Shown: one piece after another, positions 1 through 8,250 of the stretch
Numbering within the stretch: position 1 is the stretch's first letter
Layout: each line of letters starts with the position of its first letter
Assembly: GCA_963830165.1 (NCBI GenBank)
Contig: CAWHKZ010000004.1
Coordinates: forward strand, 37,722 to 101,721
Length of the DNA: 64,000 nucleotides
From: an uncultured Acidimicrobiaceae bacterium
GTDB lineage: Bacteria > Actinomycetota > Acidimicrobiia > Acidimicrobiales > RAAP-2
Direction of reading: 5' to 3'
Notes under the pieces: generated by a model
Seen by the model: the letters and a program-made list of their open reading frames with translations, nothing else
Databases searched by the model: none
Told to the model about the DNA's origin: nothing
Program-made: the position numbers and the translations under genes

Positions 1-1
1 C

Positions 2-707
2 GCCGCCGACGGCTCGACCACCCCGCTCGCCCGGGTGCGATGGAACCGGTCGATGGCCGGCGCCATGGTGGCGGCGGCCGCGCTCGGCCTGACCACCGGC
101 ATCTACGAGATCTGCTGGACGCTGCTCATGGTGTCCGCGTGGCGCCGCCGGGTGGGAGATCGGCGTGTCGTGGACCCTGTTCGCCGTGCCCTTCGTGGTC
201 GCCGCCCGGCCGAGCGGATGGCTGGCCGACCACATGGACCGTCGCTACCTCGTCCTCGGAGGCGTCGGCCTGGCCATGGTGTTCTGCGCCTGCTATCCGT
301 TCATCCCCATGGTCCCGCTGCTGATGGTGCTGGGCGGGACCGAGGCCCTCGGGTTCGCCGCCGCCCTGCCCTCGCTGCAGTCACTGCTCACCCAGGGGTC
401 CGAGCCGTCCGAGGTCGGCCGCATCCAGGGCATGTTCGGCAGCACCCAGACCGCCTGCACGGCGCTGTCGGCCGCCCTGGCCGGTGCGGCCTTCGCCATG
501 GCCCGGTGGCTGCCGTTCCTGTCGGCCTCGGTGTTCACCGCCGTGGCCCTGACCGTGACGGCGATCATCTGGCGCACCGTCCCGGGCCACGTGCACCCGG
601 CACTCGAGCCGGTCGAGGTCGAGGAAGCGGCGGGCGAGGCCGCCGATCAGGCGGCGGCGGGGGTCTCCGATCAGGCGGCGGTGGGGGTCAGCTCCGAGGT
701 GCAGTAG
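2..707 (+). pseudogene. MFS transporter, C-terminal part. The 5' end lies outside the window and the frame changes near 133-140.
   Basis: Frame 2 reads a TM-helix-like stretch (AMVAAAALGLTTGIYEICWTLLMVS). Sense then continues in frame 3 (ORF 165..707: GWEIGVSWTLFAVPFVVAARPSGWLADHMDRRYLVLGGVGLAMVF...) with further hydrophobic helices. The stop is at 705-707. Confidence 0.6.
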
Positions 708-1084
708 GCGCACCGGACCGCCTGGTCCGGCACCTTGGACAGGCACTGGGGACACTCGCGCACCGGATCCTCGCTCGGCGTGCGACCCAGCCTGGCCATC
801 AGCGCGTTGACCGGCTTGATCACCAGGAAGAAGATCACCGCGGCCACGATCACGAAGTTGAGGACGGCGTCGAGCACGCTGCCGTAGTGGATCTGCGAGT
901 GGTTCACCGTGACCGACAGGCTCCCGAACTGGGTGCTCCCCCCGAAGACGGCCTTGATCAGCGGGGTGATGATGTTGCTGGTGATCGACGCCACCACCGC
1001 GGTGAAGGCGGCGCCGATGACCACGGCCACGGCCAGGTCGAGCAGGTTCCCCCGCAACAGGAACTCCCTGAAGTCCTTGATCAT
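671..1084 (-). CDS. mscL: Large-conductance mechanosensitive channel MscL with a C-terminal CxxC-x10-CxxC extension
   Basis: MIKDFREFLLRGNLLDLAVAVVIGAAF...IFFLVIKPVN is the classic MscL N-terminus and TM1/TM2. The ATG at 1084 is the internal Met of ORF 671..1162. The tail is CPQCLSKVPDQAVRCAYC. Confidence 0.9.
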   Translation of the reverse strand: MIKDFREFLLRGNLLDLAVAVVIGAAFTAVVASITSNIITPLIKAVFGGSTQFGSLSVTVNHSQIHYGSVLDAVLNFVIVAAVIFFLVIKPVNALMARLGRTPSEDPVRECPQCLSKVPDQAVRCAYCTSELTPTAA

Positions 1085-1192
1085 GGTCGGTCTCCTCGGT
1101 GGTCGGGGCGACGGGCGACGCCGGTGGGGCGAATCTAGGCCCGACCGTCGGGCCCGATCCATCCGTATCCCGCGACCTCCGACGCGCCCCTA

Positions 1193-1678
1193 CTAGGGGA
1201 GGCCGGCGTGGACGGCGGCGTCCCACCGACCGGTCGACTCGACCTGGCACACCGCGGTGGCGGCCTGCAGCAGCCAGCCGATGACGGCGCGGTTGTCGGC
1301 GTCGCCGGGGACCTCGGCCACCAGACCACGCCGGGGGTGGTCCTGGGTGACCCGCCAGCCCTCCGGCACGGGCAGTCCGAGGTCCCGGAGCCGCCACGCC
1401 ACCCGGGGACCCGAGGCGTGCTGCAGGCCGACGGTCGTCGGTCGCGCCGGTCGCCCCTCCTGGTGCCGGCCCGGCATCCAGGTCACCACCGGGACGTGGT
1501 GGGTCGATCCCCCGAGGAAGGCGAAGGGCCCGGGCTCGGGCGGCTGGTGCTCCTCGTCGACGACCGGCTCGATGTTGATCCACCCGGTGCCGCCCGCCTG
1601 CACCATGGCCATCTGGGCCAGCAGCTCGGGATCGTCGTGGGCGACGAAGCCGAAGGTCGTCGGGCGGCTGCGGGTCAC
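1193..1678 (-). CDS. Hypothetical protein (no family recognised)
   Basis: The tail of ORF 1193..3052 is protein-like (VTRSRPTTFGFVAHDDPELLAQMAMVQAGGTGWINIEPV...). The GTG at 1678 overlaps the stop of the upstream LLM gene (GTGA). Confidence 0.55.
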   Translation of the reverse strand: MTRSRPTTFGFVAHDDPELLAQMAMVQAGGTGWINIEPVVDEEHQPPEPGPFAFLGGSTHHVPVVTWMPGRHQEGRPARPTTVGLQHASGPRVAWRLRDLGLPVPEGWRVTQDHPRRGLVAEVPGDADNRAVIGWLLQAATAVCQVESTGRWDAAVHAGLP

Positions 1679-2563
1679 GTCTGCAGGTCGCCCACCGCGG
1701 CGGACAGCGCCTCGAGCTCGGCGCGCCACGTACCCCGGGGCTGGAGCGGCCGCACCACGAACTTGGAGAAGCCGACCTCGAGGAAGGCCTCGAGGAAGCG
1801 ACGCAGGCCGTCGAGCCCGGCCGGCACCACCGTGGTCGGGTCCACCCCCTTGCGGGCCCGCCCGAGGGCGGCGGTCAACCGGGCGTCGAGCGGGCCGGGG
1901 GCGTAGGCCAGCGAGACCCCGAAGTGCTCGCGGCTGATCTCCCGGCCGGCCGCCGCCGCGGCGGCGTCGATCGCGTCCCGCCCGGCGACCACCTCGGCGG
2001 GGGTGCACGACGACGGCAGCCAGCCGTCGGCGAAGCGACCGCAGCGCTCGAGGGCGGCGGGCACCATGCCACCGGTCCAGAATTCGAGGGGATCCTGGCG
2101 GGGCAGGGGCGCCAGGGTGACCCCCTCGAAGGTCCCCACCGGCCCGTCGTGGTCCACCGTCTCCCCCGCCCACAGGCGCCGCAGCAGGGGGAAGGCCTCC
2201 TCCATGCGGGGGCCCTTCTCCTTGCCGGGCAGGCCGACGGCACCCGACTCGGGCGCCTGGGCCAGGCCCGGCACGAACGTCACCAGGAGCCGTCCCCCGA
2301 CAGGCGGTCCAGGGTGGCCAACTGCTTGGCCACCCGCACCACGTTGCGCCCCGGCAGCAGCATCGTGGTGCCCAGCTTGAGACGGGGGTTGTGGGCGGCC
2401 GCGAAGGCCAGGGCGGCGAGCGGGTCCAGGGTCGGGCGCGGTCAGCACCTCGGGGAGCCACAGCGAGTCGAAACCCAGCTCCTCGAGGTCGTCCACCACC
2501 GAGGCGAGCGACCGCGGCCTCGCCGTCGAGCGGTCCGGCGCCGACCCCGATCCGGACCTTCAC
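1675..2563 (-). pseudogene. LLM-class (luciferase-like) F420-dependent oxidoreductase with three reading-frame changes
   Basis: I translated this by hand. VKVRIGVGAGPLDGEAAVA runs from the GTG at 2563. There is a shift near 2510-2520 into RSLASVVDDLEELGFDSLWLPEVLTAP. A second shift near 2431-2437 leads into LDPLAALAFAAAHNPRLKLGTTMLLPGRNVVRVAKQLATLDRLS. A third shift at the C5 run 2294-2298 leads into GGRLLVTFVPGLAQAPE...AVGDLQT. The length of 889 nt is not a multiple of 3. The start overlaps the nitroreductase stop (GTGA). Confidence 0.75.
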
Positions 2564-3249
2564 CCGGTCCCCAGGGGCGGACCGTCGAACCGGTCGACGG
2601 TGGCGAAGTCCTCCACCGGGCCGCGGCGCAGGCGGGTCGGCTGGTGGACCGGGTGGCCGAGGGCGAGCATGCCGGCCACGGCGTACGTGTCGGGCACCCC
2701 GAGCAGCTCCCTCACCGCCTGCTCCTCCCGGACCACCATGGTGGTCATGACCCCGGACAGGCCGAGGTCGCGGGCGGCGAGCAGGATGCTCCAGGCGAAC
2801 GGGTAGATGGAGGCACCGCCCACCATCGTGTAGCGGTCGAGGTCGCGGTCGACGGCGGCCAGGCGGCTGTAGTCGGCCAGCAGCACCAGCAGCACCGGCA
2901 CCTCGTCGAGATGTTCGGCGAACCCTCCCGCACCTGTCGCCGAGGCGGCGAACTGCCCGGCACCGGCCACGGCCTGCCGCTCGGCCTCGCGGTCGGTGAC
3001 CACGGCCCACGGCGTCAGGCCGGCCGCCGACTGGGCGAGGTACTCGTACCAACCCGGCAGGTAGAGGTCGCGCAGGGCCCGTCGCGTGGCCCCGTCCCGG
3101 ACCGCCACCACCCGCCAGGCCTGTCGGTTGCCTCCGTTGGGAGCGAACCGGGCGGTGTCGAGCAGGCGGTGGATCGTGGCGTCGTCCACCGGCACGTCGG
3201 TGAACTCGCGCACCGCTCCGGTGGTGCGCAGCGCCTCGGAGAGGTCCAC
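2560..3249 (-). CDS. Nitroreductase family protein
   Basis: ORF of 229 aa. MDLSEALRTTGAVREFTDVPVDDATIHRLLDTARFAPNGGNRQAWRVV is the nitroreductase N-terminal signature. Confidence 0.85.
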   Translation of the reverse strand: MDLSEALRTTGAVREFTDVPVDDATIHRLLDTARFAPNGGNRQAWRVVAVRDGATRRALRDLYLPGWYEYLAQSAAGLTPWAVVTDREAERQAVAGAGQFAASATGAGGFAEHLDEVPVLLVLLADYSRLAAVDRDLDRYTMVGGASIYPFAWSILLAARDLGLSGVMTTMVVREEQAVRELLGVPDTYAVAGMLALGHPVHQPTRLRRGPVEDFATVDRFDGPPLGTG

Positions 3250-3262
3250 GGCCCGCCGCCGG

Positions 3263-3745
3263 CTACAGGTGCTCGAGCACGGCGTCGGCGGCGCTGACCG
3301 TCAGGCCGGGGCCCGGCTCGACGAACAGCTCGGTCACCACGCCGTCCTGGAGCACCATGGCGTAGCGCTGCGAGCGCGTGCCGAGTCCGAAGCCGCTGCC
3401 GTCCATCTCGAGGCCCACGGCCGAGGTGAACTCGCCGTTCCCGTCGGCCAGCAGCACGACGGCGTCGCCCACGTTCTGCGACTCGCCCCAGGCGGCCATG
3501 ACGAACGGGTCGTTGACCGAGATGCAGGCCACGGTGTCGACGCCCTTGGCCTTCAGTTCGTCCTGGCGGATCACGTAGCTCGGCAGGTGGTAGTCCGAGC
3601 ACGTCGGGGTGAAGGCACCGGGGACGGCGAACAGGACGACCTTGCCGGACCCGAGGACGTCACCGGTCTGCACGTGGGTCGGGGCGCCACCCGCGTTCGT
3701 CATGACCTTGATGTCCGGGATCGTGTCGCCGACGGCAATGCTCAT
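3263..3745 (-). CDS. Peroxiredoxin (Prx5-like, AhpC/TSA fold)
   Basis: MSIAVGDTIPD...VVLFAVPGAFTPTCSDYHLPSY contains the PGAFTPTC peroxidatic motif. The ATG is at 3745, preceded by GAGGAG. Confidence 0.9.
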   Translation of the reverse strand: MSIAVGDTIPDIKVMTNAGGAPTHVQTGDVLGSGKVVLFAVPGAFTPTCSDYHLPSYVIRQDELKAKGVDTVACISVNDPFVMAAWGESQNVGDAVVLLADGNGEFTSAVGLEMDGSGFGLGTRSQRYAMVLQDGVVTELFVEPGPGLTVSAADAVLEHL

Positions 3746-3890
3746 GTTCCCACTCCTCGGGTTCGGTCCCCGGCCAACCGGGGGGTCGGGTGGGCGCACC
3801 ACCGCGGCGGCCCTCCCCGCAGCATACGGTTCACCGGACCCGGGCGAGCACCCCGGCGGTCGGCCGGTGGCCGCGCCCCGCGTACCGGGC

Positions 3891-4815
3891 TCACGCGTCG
3901 GCGACGGCCGACAGGACGCGCGCCGCGAACCCGTCGATCGCCGCCAGCTGGTCGGCCCGGGTGTCACCCGGCAATGCCACGGCCACCCAGTCGACGTTGA
4001 CCGCGGCCAGCTCGCCGATCGAGTCCACCACCCGGGCCTCGTCGACCGGCCGGCCACCCATGGACAGCCCTTCGGGGATGAAGCAGACGGTGAGCGGGGC
4101 GGTGCGACCGACGGCCTCGGCGTGCTCCCGGGCGTACTCCAGGGCGACGGCCAGGTCGGCGGCCGACTCGAGCGGTGCGGTGCGTGTGCGCGCGGCGCAC
4201 GCGGGCCGGGTTGGGGAAGGGGCTCCAACCGTCGGCCGACTCGACGGCCCGCCGCAGGGCCCGCCGGCTGTTCCCGCCGATCCACAGCGGCGGCCGCGGG
4301 CGCTGGACGGGGCGGGGCAGCATCGTGTTGCCCGGGGCGTGGAAGGCGGCTCCCTCGAGGGTCACCGACTCCCCCGTCCAGGCCGCCTGCAGCGCGGCCA
4401 GCGCCTCGTCCATGCGGTCGTTGCGGTCGGCGAAGGGCACGCCCAGGGCCTCGAATTCGGGCTCGAGGTAGCCGGCGCCGAGCCCGACCACCATCCGGCC
4501 GCCGCTCAGCACGTCGAGGGTGGCGATCCCCTTGGCGGCCAGGAACGGGTTGCGGTAGGCGACGATGAACAGGTTGGTGTGGAGCAGGACGGTCGACGTC
4601 GCCGCCGCCGCGAACGACAGGGCCACCAGCGGATCGAGCGCGTGGTGGCCTCCGTGGGCCAGCCAGTCGTCACCGGGGAAGGGGTGATCGGTGGTGTAGA
4701 CGGCGTCGAACCCGGCGTCCTCGGCCGCCCGGGCCAGCTCGCCGATGGCCCCGGGGGCGAGGAACTCGTCACCGAGATCCACCCGATGGGTGGGCAGGCC
4801 GTAGGAGACGCGCAC
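3891..4815 (-). pseudogene. LLM-class F420-dependent oxidoreductase with one reading-frame change near 4195-4205
   Basis: VRVSYGLPTH...DAVYTTDHPFPGDDW...GGRMVVGLGAGYLEPEFEALGV...GWSPFPNPA reads in one frame. The sequence then continues in another frame as AARTRTAPLESAADLAVALEYAREHAEAVGRTAPLTVCFIPEGLSMGG...LSAVADA with the stop at 3891-3893. The length is 925 nt (3n+1). Confidence 0.75.
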
Positions 4816-4819
4816 CGGC

Positions 4820-5260
4820 TCAGCCCCCCGTCCCGACCAGGCCGCCCAGGAACGCCGGCATCCGCGCCGGGCGCCCCCGGCCGTCGACGGCACCGTGCAC
4901 GGTGACGGCGGTGGCCCGGACCTCGTCGTCGACGCGCAGGAGGTAGCCGACCTGGAACGTGGTGCGGGTGAGGTCCTCGACCACGACGTGCACGGCCACG
5001 AGATCGTCGAAGCGCAACGGACGGCGGTGGCGCACGTAGAGCTCGAGGACGGCGAAGTCGACGCCGCCGTCACCGGCCCGCACCTCCTCGTAGGGGAAGC
5101 CGGCGTCGCGCAGCAGGGCCGCCCGGGCCTCCTCGAGGTAGGCCGGGTACACGCCGTGGTGGATGATGCCCATGGCATCCGTCTCGGCGAAGCGGGTCCG
5201 TACGTGGTGGACGAAGCGGTAGGCCGCCGGGTCGAGCGACGGCGTGAGGGAGAGGCGCAC
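4820..5260 (-). CDS. Acyl-CoA thioesterase (4HBT/YbgC-like hotdog fold)
   Basis: HHVRTRFAETDAMGIIHHGVYPAYLEEAR matches the YbgC/4HBT N-terminal motif. ORF of 146 aa. Confidence 0.85.
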   Translation of the reverse strand: MRLSLTPSLDPAAYRFVHHVRTRFAETDAMGIIHHGVYPAYLEEARAALLRDAGFPYEEVRAGDGGVDFAVLELYVRHRRPLRFDDLVAVHVVVEDLTRTTFQVGYLLRVDDEVRATAVTVHGAVDGRGRPARMPAFLGGLVGTGG

Positions 5261-5270
5261 GGCGCCGAGG

Positions 5271-6213
5271 CTACCGGCCCGCCGCGTCGGCCTGGGGCTG
5301 GTTCCACTCCACCCAGCCGCTCCCCCGCCGACCGTCGGCCGCCGTGAAGCGCACCTGGGCGCGCGGGAACCGGCTCACCCGGCCGTCGGTGGCCGTCAGC
5401 ACCAGCGGGCCGAAGGCCACCGGCTCGATGGTGAGGTCGATCCCTTCCGGGTCGAGCCGGGCCCGCGCCGTGGTGGGGAGCCCGTCGGTGTCGGTCTCCT
5501 CGCTCACGTCGAGCCCGGTGAGGGTGACCACCCCGCCCGCCGGGTGCTGGACGTAGCCGAGGGCCAACCTGTGGTCCGGGATGCGGATGTCGGCGCCGTG
5601 CACCCGGGTGCCGTCCTCCAACCGTCCGGCGAGCCAGCACCACCCGAAGGCCCACCAGTCGCGGACGCCCCACGAGTGGTCGCGCTGACCGTGACCCCGC
5701 ACGGGGAGTTCCTCGTCGCCCACGGTGAGCGTCCCGCCCACCAGGCACGGGATCTCGTACCGGGTGGTGACGTCGTACTGGTAGGGCACCCCGTCGGTCG
5801 TCCAGGTGAGGTCCAGCCCGAGGGTGGTCGGTGTCCCCGGCTCGCCGTGGTACACGTCGGCCGGTCCGTCGAGCAGGACGGCCGGCGCCGTCCCGTGGAC
5901 GCGCACCCGGTCGAGCGGGACCTCCACGTCCGTCTCCAGCAGCGTGCCCCGCGCCATGGAGGCCGAGTCCGATCTCGGGCACGGGAAGGTCGTAGGCCAC
6001 CGAGGCCACGAGCGGCCGGTCCGGTCCGACCACCATGGCCGTCCACCACGACACGCCGAGGTTCGGGTAGAGCCCGATGCGGACGTAGCCGGCCACGTGA
6101 CCGTCGTGGGACACCACGTCGAGGTAGTGGGACTCGTTCCACAGCGGGTCATCGGTGGGCACGTGGCGTTCCTCGTCGCCGGGGTCGACGGCGTGCGGGT
6201 CGGGGTCGGTCAT
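5271..6213 (-). pseudogene. Hypothetical protein with one reading-frame change near 5957-5970
   Basis: The N-terminal part, MTDPDPHAVDPGDEERHVPTDDPLWNESHYLDVVSHDGHVAGYVRIGLYPNLGVSWWTAMVVGPDRPLVASVAYDLPVPEIG, is in the frame of ORF 3964..6315. The C-terminal part, MARGTLLETDVEVPLDRVRVHG...WVEWNQPQADAAGR, is in the frame of ORF 5271..6152. The length is 943 nt (3n+1). Confidence 0.6.
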
Positions 6214-6354
6214 CGGGGCTCCTCGCTCGGGGGCCGGTGGCACCGGGGCGGACGGCACGGGTCCCGGGACCACCGGCGCCGGTGGTACCCCGGGTCTAGC
6301 AGGCGGCGACGGCACGGCGTGGCGGTCGGATCGACGGTGCCGACGTCACCGCGA

Positions 6355-7338
6355 TCACGTCGTGGCCGTGCCGGTCCCGCTCGTGGAGGGCCCGCTCTGG
6401 GCGCCCGCGCCGCCGTGGTGGTGGTGGCCGCCGTGGCCACAGGTTCCGCCCGCGGCGGTGGTCGTCGCTCCCGTCGACACCGATGTCGGGGTCGTCGACG
6501 TGGTGGTCGTCGGCACCGCCGACGTATCGGTCGGGGTCGTCGTCGACGACCCGCCCGCGTCGCTCGAACAGCCACCGCCGCCGACGCCCTCGTTGCCGCC
6601 CCGGCTGGTCCCGCCACCCGGGTCGGTCGTCACCGGTGGGGTGCTCGTCACCGGTGGGGTGCTCGTCACCGGTGGGGTGGTCACACCGTGGGAGCCGGCC
6701 TGGGTGGTGCGGCCCGTACGGGGCGCACGCGCCGCCACCTCCCGTGGCGGCTCGGCGGTGTGGGTGGTGACCGCGCTGCGGGCCGGTGGCGGCGCGGTCA
6801 GCACGCACGAGGCCGTCTGGATCCGACCGGAGGAGGAACCGGCGTTGCTGGCGCCCCCCGTCGTGCAGCCCACGTGGACGCGGACGGCGGCGGGCAACGA
6901 CGGTGCCGCGGTGACCGAAGGTCCGGCGGCGGCCGGCGAGACGTGCGGCGCCCGTGCCGTCGTCGGGCCGACGTGCACGCCCACGCTGCCGAGGATGCCG
7001 TCGACGGCCCGTCCGGCCGATCCGGGCAGGACGGAGGCGGCGGCCAGGCTGGTGGTGGCGATCAACAGGGAGGCCATCGTCGTCGCCGCGATCACGACCG
7101 GGGTGCGCCGGGCCCGTAGCCGTCGGGGTGCGGGCCACGACTCGACGGCCGCCCGGAAGGCGGTGCGGGCGGCGAGCTCGCCCCGCAGCTCGTGCTCCTG
7201 GGCCCGGCCCCCGGCCGCGGCCACGAGGTCGGCGAGACGCCCACTGACCACGTTGGGCAGCACCACCACGTTGTCGTCGACGGCGGCCATGCCGACAGTC
7301 CGGACGGGCATCCCGACGGTCATCGGGTCCTCATGCAT
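6355..7338 (-). CDS. Putative anti-sigma factor: single-pass membrane protein with a Thr/Pro/Gly-rich, Cys- and His-containing extracytoplasmic tail
   Basis: It overlaps the stop of the upstream ECF sigma gene. It has one TM segment (TPVVIAATTMASLLIATTSLAAASVL). The tail contains TPPVTSTPPVTSTPPVTT and ...GGTCGHGGHHHHGG.... No ZAS motif is present. Confidence 0.6.
   Translation of the reverse strand: MHEDPMTVGMPVRTVGMAAVDDNVVVLPNVVSGRLADLVAAAGGRAQEHELRGELAARTAFRAAVESWPAPRRLRARRTPVVIAATTMASLLIATTSLAAASVLPGSAGRAVDGILGSVGVHVGPTTARAPHVSPAAAGPSVTAAPSLPAAVRVHVGCTTGGASNAGSSSGRIQTASCVLTAPPPARSAVTTHTAEPPREVAARAPRTGRTTQAGSHGVTTPPVTSTPPVTSTPPVTTDPGGGTSRGGNEGVGGGGCSSDAGGSSTTTPTDTSAVPTTTTSTTPTSVSTGATTTAAGGTCGHGGHHHHGGAGAQSGPSTSGTGTATT
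6629..6682. repeat. Tandem 18-bp repeat x3 (gtcaccggtggggtgctc) inside the anti-sigma gene
   Basis: Read directly. There are two perfect copies and one with a 1-nt change. They encode (TPPVTS)x3 on the minus strand. Confidence 0.9.
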
Positions 7339-7951
7339 GGAGGCGATCCCTCCCCTGCACCGGGGCGCCAGCGACGGCGACGTCGGCCAGCACCCCGGTG
7401 TGAGGTGCGCCGACGGGCTCGATCTCGAGCAGCCGCTGCTCGAGGCGCCGCAGGCCCCGGTGGCACAGCACCCGGACCGAACCCGGCGACCGGTCCATGA
7501 TCAGCGCGACGCGGGCCACGTCCATTCCGGCCACGACCCGCAGCATGACCGCCTCGGCCTGGTCGGGCGGGAGCTCGGCGATGAGGGCGACGGCCCGGTC
7601 GGTGGCGGAGTGCTCGGCCGCCTCGTCCTCGACGTTGTTGCCGGCCGGCATCACGACGAGGCTCGAGTACTCGATGAGGTCGGGGCGCCGCTCGCCGTTG
7701 CGGTACCAGTCGGTGAGCCGGTTGCGCGCCGTGGTGTACAGCCAACCCCGGAAGCCCTGCTCGTCGCCTTCGAAGCCGGGCAGGGCGCGCAGCACCCGCA
7801 GCCAGATGTCGGCGGCCAGGTCCTCGGCCGCCGGTGCGGCCTTGATGCGCAGGTAGCGGAGGAGGCCCGGTTGGAACTCCCGCCAGAGCCTGGCGAAGGC
7901 CTCCTCGTCCCCACCCTGAGCCGCGAGCACCGTCCCCCTGAAGTCCAACAT
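7331..7951 (-). CDS. ECF-type RNA polymerase sigma-70 family factor
   Basis: MLDFRGTVLAAQGGDEEAFARLWREFQPGLLRYL...DIWLRVLRAL...GWLYTTARNRLTDWYR (regions 2) followed by ELPPDQAEAVMLRVVAGMDVARVALIMDRSPGSVRVLCHRGLRRL (region 4 HTH). Confidence 0.9.
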   Translation of the reverse strand: MLDFRGTVLAAQGGDEEAFARLWREFQPGLLRYLRIKAAPAAEDLAADIWLRVLRALPGFEGDEQGFRGWLYTTARNRLTDWYRNGERRPDLIEYSSLVVMPAGNNVEDEAAEHSATDRAVALIAELPPDQAEAVMLRVVAGMDVARVALIMDRSPGSVRVLCHRGLRRLEQRLLEIEPVGAPHTGVLADVAVAGAPVQGRDRLHA

Positions 7952-8080
7952 GGGCGCCACCTGTCGTCTCTGTCGACCTGATTCCGGTCGTTCCCCCGCT
8001 GTGTTCTTACACCTGGGTTGCATCAGAGTCCAGCACCGGTTTCCGTCGGCGGAAGGCCAGGGGTCGACGGATACCGCGGT

Positions 8081-8106
8081 GTAACGAAGTACGTCCCCCG
8101 TTCGTT
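8081..8106 (+). promoter_or_regulatory. Candidate ECF-type promoter (GTAAC-N17-CGTT) upstream of the FN3 lipoprotein gene
   Basis: GTAAC is at 8081-8085 and CGTT at 8103-8106. This resembles the GGAAC-N16/17-CGTT class and faces the gene divergent from the ECF sigma gene. The call rests on the motif only. Confidence 0.25.
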
Positions 8107-8250
8107 GTGTATCGGAGGCAGTGAGGCGTGTGACGCGTGCCGGCGGCGGGCGGACGCGATCGCCTTCCCGATCCCGGGATCCCGATGTACGATCTCCCGC
8201 TGGCCGCGGGCCGGGGGCAGACGACACGAGGTCGTACGGGGGAGACGCCG

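Noticed and set aside
381-1583. A long ORF (400 aa), together with similar very long ORFs elsewhere: 1193..3052 (upstream part), 10604..12322+, 14436..16805+, 16980..18965+, 47970..50063-, 54045..56396+ and 57098..59881+.
   Set aside because: Their translations are dominated by Arg, Gly, Pro and Ala with no recognisable motifs. They lie antisense to, or out of frame with, genes that have strong family signatures. This is typical open-frame noise in >70% GC DNA.
7952-8040. Looked for an autoregulatory ECF promoter (GGAAC-N16/17-CGTT/GTC) on the minus strand upstream of the sigma gene.
   Set aside because: GGAAC is present (revcomp near 8000) but the downstream GTC is only 12 nt away. No element has acceptable spacing.
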